64,000 nt of DNA, from contig CAWHBD010000001.1 in assembly GCA_963827505.1 (NCBI GenBank), positions 2,310,663 to 2,374,662 on the forward strand, read 5' to 3'. The position numbers were made by a program, and so were the translations under genes. Positions 9,453-19,300 of the stretch are shown one piece after another. Below the pieces are notes generated by a model that made no database searches, was not told where the DNA came from, and was given only the letters and a program-made list of their open reading frames with translations. This stretch comes from an uncultured Candidatus Rokubacteria bacterium (GTDB taxonomy: Bacteria; Methylomirabilota; Methylomirabilia; Rokubacteriales; CSP1-6). The stretch's first letter is position 1, and each line of letters opens with the position of its first letter.

Positions 9453-10396
9453 ACCCGGCCGAGCGCTCGGTACTCCGGGAGGGCATCGTCGCCGGCCTGA
9501 TCGGCGCCGCCGTCGTTGCGATCTGGTTTTTTGTCTTCGATCTCCTGCGCGGCCACCCCTTCCTGACCCCCACCCTGCTCGGATCGTTCGTCTTCTTCGG
9601 CGTCAGCACCCCGGCCGGCCTGGCGCCCGCGGTGGGCCCGATCCTCGGCTACACGGTCCTGCACGGCCTGGCCTTCGTGGCCTTCGGCATCGTCGCCGCC
9701 ACCATGATGGCGATGAGCGAGCGCGAGCCGTCGCTGTTCGTCGCCTTCGTCATCCTCTTCGCCGCCTTCGAGGTCTGCTTCTTCGGCGTGCTGAGCATCG
9801 TGGGCCCGGCCATGCAGGCGGCGCTGGTGTGGTGGGCCGTGCTGGTCGGCAACCTGCTGGCGTCGATCGCCATGCTGTGGTTCTTCTTCCGCGCCCACCG
9901 GGCGCTGCCGCGCTCGCTGATCGGCTCCTGGGGCGGCGTCCTGCGCGAGGGCGTGATCGCGGGCCTGCTCGGCGCCGCCGTCGTCGCCCTGTGGTTCTTC
10001 GGCATCGACGCCATCCAGGGCGAGCCGTTGCGCACGCCGCACCTGCTGGGCACTGCCCTGCTACGGGGCAGTGGCGATCCGACGGCGGCGATGCTCGCCT
10101 ACACCGTGCTGCACGGGCTGGCCTTCGTCGTGTTCGGCATCGTGGGGGCGCTGCTGATCGAGGGCGCCGAGCGGCAGCCGCTGCTGGTCTTCGCGCTGGT
10201 GATCCTGTTCACGGCCTTCGAGATCTTCTTCTTCGGCGCCGTCATCATCATGGCCAGCTGGATCCTTGACGAGATCGCCGGCTGGACCATCTTCGTCGGC
10301 AACATCCTCGCCGCCGCCGTCATGCTCGCCTACTACTTCAAGGGACACCGCACGCTCGCTCGTCGCCTCACCCAGGCCTGGGCCGAAGAAGAGTAG
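9449..10396 (+). CDS. Uncharacterised polytopic membrane protein built from two homologous ~150-aa halves (2 x 4 predicted TM helices)
   Basis: The ATG at 9449 overlaps the FGE stop (ATGA). Half 1 reads VLREGIVAGLIGAAVVAIWFFVFD...YTVLHGLAFVAFGIVAA. Half 2 reads VLREGVIAGLLGAAVVALWFFGID...YTVLHGLAFVVFGIVGA. Confidence 0.7.
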   Translation: MNPAERSVLREGIVAGLIGAAVVAIWFFVFDLLRGHPFLTPTLLGSFVFFGVSTPAGLAPAVGPILGYTVLHGLAFVAFGIVAATMMAMSEREPSLFVAFVILFAAFEVCFFGVLSIVGPAMQAALVWWAVLVGNLLASIAMLWFFFRAHRALPRSLIGSWGGVLREGVIAGLLGAAVVALWFFGIDAIQGEPLRTPHLLGTALLRGSGDPTAAMLAYTVLHGLAFVVFGIVGALLIEGAERQPLLVFALVILFTAFEIFFFGAVIIMASWILDEIAGWTIFVGNILAAAVMLAYYFKGHRTLARRLTQAWAEEE

Positions 10397-10412
10397 CGCC
10401 AGCCCCCCGCCG

Positions 10413-11714
10413 TCAGCCGTCGGCCCGGCCGACGGCGTTACCGAAGCGCTTCTGCATGACGTCCGCGAAGGACAGACCGCGATCGGCAACGATGCTGCCG
10501 CCGCGCAGGCGGTAGCCGGCGCCGTCGCGCGCGGCCGCTGGCTCGATGCCGGCGCGCAGGTCGCGGGCGCCGCGCAGCAGCCGCCGCCGGAACTCGATGA
10601 TGGCGGCGTCGGTGGGGCCGAGGTGCTCGCGGGTGCGATCGGCGATCCAGCCCTGGCTGTCCTGGATCATCGCGTCCTGCTCGGACACGCCCTGGATGCC
10701 GGTGAAGGTGCGGCGCTTCTGGGCGTCGCGGTCGATGAGGTAGTCGTTGTCGCGGTTGCGGAGCGGGACGAAGCGCGCGTCGACCTCGGCGTGGACGGTG
10801 CGGCCGGCCCGGTAGGCCCGGCGCTCCTCCTCGGTGAGCGGCCGGTCGGGGTTCCACGTGTAGCAGAAGACCCACGCGGCCTCGTCGGTGATCGGCACCC
10901 ACGTCTGTCCGTGGATGTTCTCGCCGGGGAAGGCGTTGGGGGTCAGCGCGTGGTTGGGCAGCATGAACTGCGCGATGCGCCAGTAGCGGGCGTCGCCGTC
11001 GGCCGTGCGGGCGGCCCCGGCGACGAACCCGACGTCGTGGCCGACCACCTCGAACTCCGGGCGGGGGTCGTCCCGCATCCAGCGCGTCCGCTGGCGGTCG
11101 ACCGAGGAGCGGCTGACGGCGGCGTCGACCGCGTCGTCGGCCGACCACACCGGCATGTGCAGGAACGAGAAGTGGGCGGTGTCGAGCGCCCCCTCGCAGG
11201 CCTGGGCCCAGTTGCACTGCTGCAGCTTCTTCGACACGAACCGGTGGGCGGCCGGCAGCCGGGCGAACTCCAGCTCGGGCAGCGCCGGCGTGAGGGCGGA
11301 GGGGCCGAGGTAGGCCCAGACGAAATCGCCCCACTCGCGGGTGGGATAGGCGCCGGTCCGGACGCGCTCGCGAAAGCTGCTGGCGGGCGCCATGGTCGGC
11401 ATGTCCACGCAGCGCCCGTCGACGTCGAACTTCCAGCCGTGGTACGCGCAGCGGAGACCGCACGCCTCGTTGCGGCCGAAGAACAGGTTGGCGCCCCGGT
11501 GCGGACAGCGGGGATCGAGCAGGCCCACGCGCCCGTCGGTGTCGCGGAAGGCCACGAGGTCCTCGTCCAGGACCTTCACGCGGACGGGCGGGCCGTCGGG
11601 GTCGGGCAGCTCCTGGGCCAGCAGCACCGGCAGCCAGAACCGGCGGAAGAGCTCGCCCATCGCCGTGCCGGCCCCGGTGCGGGTGAGCAGCTCGTTGTCG
11701 GCCGCGCTCAGCAC
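10413..11714 (-). CDS. Rieske [2Fe-2S] non-haem-iron oxygenase, alpha-subunit type (VanA/KshA-like)
   Basis: Rieske motif CPHRGANL...CAYHGWKF and mononuclear iron motif DTAHFSFLH. Intact 433-aa ORF. Confidence 0.85.
   Translation of the reverse strand: MLSAADNELLTRTGAGTAMGELFRRFWLPVLLAQELPDPDGPPVRVKVLDEDLVAFRDTDGRVGLLDPRCPHRGANLFFGRNEACGLRCAYHGWKFDVDGRCVDMPTMAPASSFRERVRTGAYPTREWGDFVWAYLGPSALTPALPELEFARLPAAHRFVSKKLQQCNWAQACEGALDTAHFSFLHMPVWSADDAVDAAVSRSSVDRQRTRWMRDDPRPEFEVVGHDVGFVAGAARTADGDARYWRIAQFMLPNHALTPNAFPGENIHGQTWVPITDEAAWVFCYTWNPDRPLTEEERRAYRAGRTVHAEVDARFVPLRNRDNDYLIDRDAQKRRTFTGIQGVSEQDAMIQDSQGWIADRTREHLGPTDAAIIEFRRRLLRGARDLRAGIEPAAARDGAGYRLRGGSIVADRGLSFADVMQKRFGNAVGRADG
10416..10436. 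terminator. GC hairpin between convergent genes (possible bidirectional terminator)
   Basis: gccgtcggc-ccg-gccgacggc forms a 9-bp perfect stem. It lies 20 nt after the TAG of the plus-strand membrane gene and overlaps the stop of the Rieske gene. There is no clear U-tract. Confidence 0.3.
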
Positions 11715-11718
11715 CCCG

Positions 11719-12465
11719 CTACCAGAGGGCGTCCGGCATCGGCAGTCCCTTGAAGACGTCGGTCGGCAGCGGCGACGGCGCCGTCACTCCCAGTCGCTCG
11801 GCCAGCACGTAGAGCTGGCGGAGGTGCTGGCCGCAGTGCCACGCCGTGCGCTCGAGCAGATCGTGGGCGCCCTGCGGACCGTAGTAGATCTGCAGGACGC
11901 GGGTGAACTCGTCCTCGCCGGCGCCCTCGAACCAGCCGGTGATACGCCCGCGCACAAGCGCGCCCCAGCGGGCAACGTCGCCGCCGTCCCGCATGTCGAC
12001 CGGCGCCCGCTCCTCGAACCACGTGTCCGGCATGCCGCCCCGGTCCATGGTGTCGACGAACGAGAGGCCGACCCGGAAGATGTGGAAGGCCAGATCGCGG
12101 ATCGAGCGCTTGCGCTCGGGCGGGACGACGTCGAGCTGGCCGGCGTCGAGCCGGGCCACCAGCCCCTGCGCGGATTCGAGGATGCGGTCCATGCGCCGGG
12201 CGAGCTCCCGGGGCGGCAGCTGGGTGCTCTCGGTGTACGGCACCCCCAGCAGGGCCGCGTAGCCGGCCGGGTTCCAGCCGTGGACGGCCCGGTCGCCGAC
12301 GGAGACGGCGGGCACGCGGGGAATGCCGAAGCGTTTGAGGTCCTCGACGCCGGACGGATCGGCCTGGATGTCGACGGGATCGAACTCGATCCCCCAAGAC
12401 GTGAGCAGCTCCTTCGTCTTGGCGCAGGACGATCAGCCCGGGCGGTAGTACAGGCGCGGCTTCAT
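11719..12465 (-). CDS. Glutaredoxin-like (UxxC) / DinB-family fusion protein; in-frame TGA at 12433-12435 proposed to be read as selenocysteine
   Basis: SD GGAGGA plus the ATG at 12465 open MKPRLYYRPG-TGA-SSCAKTKELLTSWGIEFDPVDIQADPSGVEDLKRFGIPRVPAVSVGDRAVHGWNP. This runs in the same frame into the 198-aa DinB-like ORF 11719..12315 (150 nt = 50 codons upstream of its GTG). Confidence 0.6.
12394..12422 (-). promoter_or_regulatory. SECIS-like hairpin downstream of the in-frame UGA
   Basis: On the mRNA the 8-bp perfect stem CCAAGACG/CGUCUUGG carries a 13-nt loop AAGGAGCUGCUCA and starts 11 nt after the UGA. Confidence 0.4.
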
Positions 12466-12504
12466 GGTGGTCCTCCCCGTTGCAAGAGTACCCGGCGAGC
12501 GGGC

Positions 12505-13296
12505 TCAGCGCCCGCGGAACGTGGGCGCCGCCTTCTTCTCGGCGAAGGCGGTGACGCCGGCCCGGAAGTCCTCGGTGTGGCCGCAGGCGGCGATGCCCTG
12601 GGCCTCCAGCTCCATCTGGGTCTCCAGGCTCTCCCACGTCGACTGGTGGAGCAGGCGCTTGGCGATCCCGAACGACTTCGACGGCCCCTGGGCCAGCTCG
12701 CGGGCCAGCGCGTCGACCGCGGCCTTGAACTCGGCGTCGGGCACCGCCCGGGTGACCATCCCCCACTCGACGGCTTCGCGGGCGGTGAGCACGCGGTTGG
12801 TGAAGTACAGCTCCATTGCCCGCCGGAGGCCGACGAGCCGCGGCAGGAAGTACGACGACGAGCCGTCGGGGCTGGCCGCGATCCTGGAATACGCCATCGT
12901 GAACTTCGCCGATTCGGTGGCCACCACGAGGTCGCCGGACAGGGCCAGGCTGAAGCCGCCGCCGGCGGCCACGCCGTTCACCGCCATGATCACCGGCTTG
13001 TCGGTGCGGGCGAAGCGCGAGATGGCGCCGTGCAGGTAGGTCGTCAGCTCCTTGATATGGGCGCCGATGCGGGGGAGGTTCTCGACGAAGTCCTTGACGT
13101 CGCCGCCCGCGCAGAAGGCCCGGCCACTGCCGGTCACGACGACGCAGCGGACGTCGGGGTCCTCGTCGAGCTCGATGGCAGCGGTGAACAGCTCGCGGCC
13201 CAGCGGCAGGTTGAGGGCGTTGTAGGCGTCGGGGCGGTTCAGGGTGAGCGTGGCGACGTTCGCCGCCCGCTCGACGGTCACGTGCTGGTAGGCCAT
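12505..13296 (-). CDS. Enoyl-CoA hydratase/isomerase (crotonase) family protein
   Basis: MAYQHVTVERAANVATLTLNRPDAYNAL...VVVTGSGRAFCAGGDVK...AVNGVAAGGGFSLAL. SD GGAGGA precedes the ATG at 13296. Confidence 0.88.
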   Translation of the reverse strand: MAYQHVTVERAANVATLTLNRPDAYNALNLPLGRELFTAAIELDEDPDVRCVVVTGSGRAFCAGGDVKDFVENLPRIGAHIKELTTYLHGAISRFARTDKPVIMAVNGVAAGGGFSLALSGDLVVATESAKFTMAYSRIAASPDGSSSYFLPRLVGLRRAMELYFTNRVLTAREAVEWGMVTRAVPDAEFKAAVDALARELAQGPSKSFGIAKRLLHQSTWESLETQMELEAQGIAACGHTEDFRAGVTAFAEKKAAPTFRGR

Positions 13297-13325
13297 CGGG
13301 TTCCTCCGGGGTACGGGGTGCGCGA

Positions 13326-16300
13326 TCAGCGGGGCCCGCCGCGCGCGCGCGCGACGTCGGACACGGCGTCGATGATCTCCTGGATCTGCAGCGGCTTGAC
13401 GAGGACCAGGTCGACGCCGTGCGCGTGGCGCTCCTCGGCCGACAGCTCGACACCGAAGCCGGTGACGAGGAACACGGGCACCTGGGGGGCGACCTGCTTG
13501 ACGGCTCGGGCCACCTGCCAGCCGGAGACGCGCGGCATGGCGAGGTCGGTGACCACGAGGTCGAACGGCTGAGCCAAGAAGCGGGCGATGGCCTCGCCGC
13601 CGTCTCCGAACGTCTCCACGATGTGGCCGGCCGACTCCAGGATGTCGCCGATCACGGCCCGCACCGGCGGCTCGTCGTCGACGACCAGGCAGCGCAGCCC
13701 CCGCACCGGCGGCGGCGGCGCGGCCGGGGGTGGCGCCGGTGCCGCCGGCTGCACGTCGGCGCCGCGTGGCAGCGACAGCCGGAAGGTCGAGCCCTGGCCC
13801 AGCTCGCTCTCGACCGCGATCGAGCCGCCGTGGCGGGAGATGATGCCATAGGTCATCGACAGCCCCAGCCCGGTGCCCTGCGGTCCCTTGGTCGTGAAGA
13901 ACGGATCGAAGACCTTCTCGCGCACCTCCAGCGGCATCCCCACGCCGCTGTCGCTCACCACGATCTCGATCCGCTCGTCGACCAGCGCGGTCGCCAGCGT
14001 CAGGGTCCCGCCCTGCGGCATGGCGTCGAGCGCGTTCAGGATGAGGTTGGTCATCGCCTCCCGCAGCTCGGAGCCGTCCCCGAGCACCGCCGGCACCTCG
14101 ACCAGGTGCGTGCACACATCGACCAGGATGCCGCGGCTGGTCGGCTCCTCCTTCCAGCGCGACTGGGTGATCTCGAGAGCGTCGCGGACGACCAGATTGA
14201 TGTCGAGCGGGACCAGTGGCTGGTCGCGGCGGATGCGCGTGAAGTCTTGCAGCCGCTTCACGGTCTGGGCCCCGTCGAGGGCGGAGCGCTCGATCACCTG
14301 CAGCCACTGGCGCAGCTGCGGCTCCTGCACGCGGCGCAGCAGGAGCTGGGCGCGGCCCAGCACCGAGGCCAGCAGGTTGTTGAAGTCGTGGGCCACGCCG
14401 GAAGCCATCTCGCCCAGCGCGCGCAGCTTCTCGGTGCGGACGAGCTGGTCCTGGGCGGCCGACAGCTCGCCGTAGGCGCGCGTGCGGTCCTCGTACAGGC
14501 GCACGCTGGACAGGGCCAGCGCGGCCAGGTGGCCGGTGTTGAGCAGCAGCCGCTCCTCGGCCTCGGTGAAGGGCCGCTCGGCGCTGCGCAGGGCCAGCAT
14601 GCCCAGCACCCGGTCGCGGGCGCTCAGCGGCACCCCGAGCCAGAAGCGCATCCGCAGCGAGGCGGCCACCGGCTTCACGCCCCGGCGCGCGCACTCGCCG
14701 GCGTAGTCGTCGGTCCGCAGGGGCTGACCCGATTCCAGCACCGTCGTCATGAGCCCCACTCCGCCGGCGGCGTAGCGCCGGGGCTCGCTGTCGTCGCGCT
14801 CGCCGTCGATCAGGCGCAGCGCGACCTCCATCTCGTCGCCCTCGTCCACCCGCAGGACCACCGCCATGTTGCGGATGTCGACGACGCGGCCGAGCTGGAC
14901 ACGGAGCGCTTCCAGCAGCGCGGCGCGCTCCAGCTCGCCGGTGACCGCCCGCGACAGCTCGTGCAGCACGGACAGCTCCTCGACCCGCTGCCGGTTCTCC
15001 TCGAACAGCCGCGCGTTCTCGATGGCCACGCCGGCCTGGCTGGCGATGGCCTCGACCAGGGCCAGCTCGCCCGGGGTGAAGTCGCGCCGCCGCTCCCACC
15101 ACACCACCGCGAAGCCGCCGAGCATCCGGTCCTTGGTCACGACCGGCACGAACAGGTGGCTCCGGTGGGGGGCCCGCTCCCGGATGACCGGCGGCATCCG
15201 CGGATCGTTGGCGGCGTCGGCCACGAACACCGGGCGCCGGGTCCGCGCGGCCTCGGCGTAGATCGCGTGATCCACGAGCGACAGCCGCACGTCGCGCAGC
15301 GCCGCCAGCTGGACCGGCGGCACCCGGTACCCGGCCAGCGGCGTCAACCACTGGCCGGTCTCGTCGACCATCCAGAGGCCGACGGTGTCGGCCCCGAAGG
15401 TGGTGGCGACTTGGCGGAGGAAGAGCCGTACGAGGCTCTGGACGTCGAGCGTGGAGGAAACGGCCCGGCTGACCGAGAGCAGCGTCTCCGTCTCCGACAG
15501 CTTGCTCTGCGTCTGGCGGGCCAGCTCGACGTTCTCCATGGCCAGCCCCACCTGCGAGGCGATGCCGTCCAGCAGCCGCAGCTCGGCGGGAGCGAAGGTG
15601 CGGCCGGTGTGCCACCACACCAGGAACAGCGCGCCCACCGCCTGGCCGTGGGCCAGGGTCGGCGCGAACAGCATCGAGAACGGCGGCAGCCCGCGGATCC
15701 ACTCGGCGTCGTACCCGGGATCGCGGTGAACGTCGGCGCTGCCCACCGGCTGGGCGCCCCGGAAGGCCGCGGTCAGGGCCGGGGCCCGGTCGAGCACGAG
15801 CGGGTTGCGCAGGAAGAAGTCGAGCAGGTCCCGGGGGACGTGGTAGCCGGCCGCCGGCACCAGCGCCTCCCGCCGCTCGTCCACGAGGTACACGCCGACC
15901 ATGTCGGCGCCGAAGGCGTGGCCGACCTCGGCCGCCACCCCGCGCAGCAGGACGTCGGTTGGGCCCGGCTGCGACAGGGTCTGGCCCACGGCGAGCAGCG
16001 TGCGGGTCTCGCGCAGCCGCTCCTGGGCCTCGTTGAACAGCCGTGAGTTCTCGAGGGCCAGCGCGATCTGGCCGGCGATGGCCAGGGCGAGATCGCGCTG
16101 CCAGTCCTGGAAGCGCCCCGGCCGGTCACAGTAGTCGACCGTCAGTACGCCGATGATCCGATCCTGACGCAGCATGGGCACGATGAGGCAGGCGCGCAGC
16201 CCGAAGGCCTCGACCCAGGCGGCCGGGATCAGCGTCGAGGTCGCGCAGTCCTCGATGAGCAGCGGCTGCCGGGTCTCGATGACCTGCGCATTGGCGGGGA

Positions 16301-19300
16301 TCGCGGCCGGCGGCTCCGCCGGCAGCGACTGGAACTGCTCCCACATGCGCGGCGTCTTGCGGCCGTCGGCGAACTGCGACATCAGCGGCACCACGCGGTC
16401 GCCGTCCCACAGCTCGAGCGTGCAGCGGTCGACGCGGCAGACCTGGGCGACCTTCAGCGTCACCCGCTTGAGCAGCCGGCGCGAGTCGAGCGTCGCCGAC
16501 AGGATCTCGGCCACCTCGAGCAGCGCGCGCGTCTCGGTCAGCCGCCGGCTCGTCTCCGAGTAGAGGTTGGCGTTCTCCAGCGCGATGGCGGCCTGGGCGG
16601 CCAGCGAGCCCATCAGGGTGGAGGTCTCCGGGGTGATTGGTAGCGCCGAGGCGCGGTGGACGGCGAAGGCGCCGAGCACGCGGTCGCCGATCGCGATCGG
16701 GTAGGCGGTCATCCAGTTCAGCCCGTGCTGGCGCATCGGGTCGCCGTCGAGGAACCGGGGGTCGCTGACGGCCTCCGTCCACAGGATGGGCTCCCGGTGC
16801 TGCGCGACCCAGCCGACGGCCCCCTCGCCCAGCGCCAGCTCGTCGCGCAGCAGCACCGCCACCTCCTGGCCGCCGAAGGTCAGCGCCCGGCGCAGGCGCT
16901 GGGTGGCGACGTCGAAGGCCCAGATGCTGACGTAGGGCGCGTCGAAGAACTGGGCGATGGCCCGGGCCAGGTTCTGCAGCACCTCCTCGACGTTCAGCGA
17001 GGAGGACACCAGCCGGTTGACCTCCTCCAGGGCCCGCAGCCGCTCGGCGTAGTGGCGCGTCTCCTCGTACAGCCGCGCGTTGCGGACGGCCGCGGCGGCC
17101 TGGGCCGAGAACGACTGCAGCAGATCCTCGTCGTCGGGGCCGAACCGGAAGGGATGCTCGCGGAGGAGAACGAGCACGCCGAGCAGCCGCTCCCGGTCGA
17201 GGATGGGCGTGCAGAACAGGCTGCGCAGGCCGCGCTCGCGCGCCCAGTCCTGGGCGACGAAGCGGCCGTCGGCGGCGAGGTCGTCGATGGTGAGCGGCCG
17301 TCGCTCCTCGGCGACCCAGCCCACCGCTCCCTCGCCGAAGCGGAGGCTCGCGTTCTGGGTGGCGCCACCCAGCCCCGAGTCGGACGAGGCCTGCAGGCGC
17401 AGGGTGCGCGTGCCCTCGTCGGCGAGCCAGAACCCCACGAACGGCGCGCTCATGATCTGCACGGCGGCCTGGGCGATCGAGGTCAACACGTCGGCGGTGT
17501 CGAGCGAGGAGGTGACGAGGTGGTTGAGCCGGGCCAGTGTCCGCAGCCGCGTGGCCCGCGTCTCTGCCGCGTGGTAGAGCCGCGAGTTCTCCAGCGCGAT
17601 GCCGGCCTGGGCGGCGAAGCTCTCCAGCAGGCCGAGGTCGTCGGGCAGGAACGGCTCGGCGCCGTCGTTCCGGCTCATCGCGATGGCGGCGTGCACGCGG
17701 CCGGCGATGACGACCGGCTGCACGATCGCGTGGCGCACGCCGAGAGCGACGAAGTCCGGCCGGGCGAAGGGCGAGCGGGGATAGTCGTTGGCGATCATCC
17801 CGCGCTTCTCGCTCACGGCGGCGCCGATGAGCCCGGTCCCCGGCACCGCCACCACGCTGGTCGGGCCCTCGCCGGTCCAGGCTCGCCGCACGAGGCGCCC
17901 GTCGGCGTCCACGAGGTAGAGCGCGGCGTCGGCGTCGAACAGCCGGGCCGAGCGCTCGACGATGAGGTCGAGGAGCCGCTCGGTGTCCAGCTCGGCGGCG
18001 AACTCGCGCTCGATCTCGGCCAGGGCGGCGGCTTGCCGACGCCGGGCCCGCTCCAGCGAGAAGAGCCGCGCGTTCTCCAGCGCCAGCGCCGCCTGGTCGG
18101 CGAAAGCCTGCAGCAGCTGCGCTTCCTCCTCGGTGAAGCGCCGGCCGGAAGCGTCGGACACGCCGAGGCCGCCGATCACCATGGCCTTCACGCGCAGCGG
18201 CACCGCCAGCGCGGCCCGCTCGCCGGAGCCCCGCAGCACCTCGCGCAGGTCCTCGGTCAGGGTCACGTCAGGATCGGTGAGGACGTCGGACGACCACAAC
18301 GGGCGCCCCTCGGCGACGGCCCGGCCGAGGATGCCGAGCCCGGGCCGCAGCACGTGGCCGGGGTCGAAGCCACCGGTCGACCCCCCCAGCCCCAGCGCCA
18401 CCAGCGAGCCGTCGGGCTGGCTCAGCATCAGGACGGAGGACCGCGCGCCGAACAGCGGCAGCACGCTCTCGACGGTGCGCGACACCACGTCGGTCACGTC
18501 CAGGCTCTCGGTCAGCGTCTGGGCCAGGCGGGCCAGCTGCTCGGCCTCCTGCCGGCGGCGCGCGGTCTCGGCGTAGAGCTGCGCGTTCTCCAGCGCCAGC
18601 GCCGCCTGGTCGGCGAAGGCCTGCAGCAGGTGGGCCTCGGCCTCGGTGAACGGGCGGCCGGCGCGATCGGAGATCGACAGCGTCCCGATCGTCTGGCCCT
18701 TGGCCCGCAGCGGCACGGTCAGCTGGGCGCCCTCGCCAGCGCCCCGCATGCGCTCGCGCACCTCGTCGGGAAGGGCGAGCGTCGGGTCGTTCGGGAGGTC
18801 GAGGCTCGTGACCGCCATGCCCCGCTCGATGGCCAGGGCCGAGGTCGAGGCGCCGGCCGGCAGCACGTGACCGGGGGTGAGAACGGTCGCCACCCGGCCC
18901 GCCATCGCCAGCGCCTCCAGCGCGCCGTCGGGACGCAGCAGGCGCAGGACCGAGGACTGCGCGGTGAACAGCGTGAGAACGCTCTCGGTGATGCAGGCAC
19001 CGACCGCGTTGACGTCCAGGCTCTCGGTGAGCCGGCGGACCAGCCCCGTCAGCTCCTCGGCCTCGCGCCGCCGGCGCGTCGTCTCGGCGTAGAGGCCGGC
19101 GTTCTCGAGGGCCAGCGCCGCCTGGTCGGCGAAGGCCTCGGCCAGCCGCGTGTCCTCGGCGGCGAACACCCGGCCCGTCCGGTCGCCCACAGCGAGGGCG
19201 CCCACGACCCGGTCACGCACGATCAGCGGCACCCCCATGACCGCGCGGTCCGTGCTCGAGGCCAGCGTCTCGCGCACGTGCTCGTCATAGCGGATGAGCG

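Noticed and set aside
12367-12393. Second hairpin GGGAUCGAGUUCGAUCCC in the Grx-DinB gene as the SECIS.
   Set aside because: It begins about 40 nt after the UGA, beyond the usual 16-37-nt window for the apical loop. The closer 8-bp stem at 12394-12422 fits better. It may simply reflect the palindromic GATCGA...TCGATC coding sequence.
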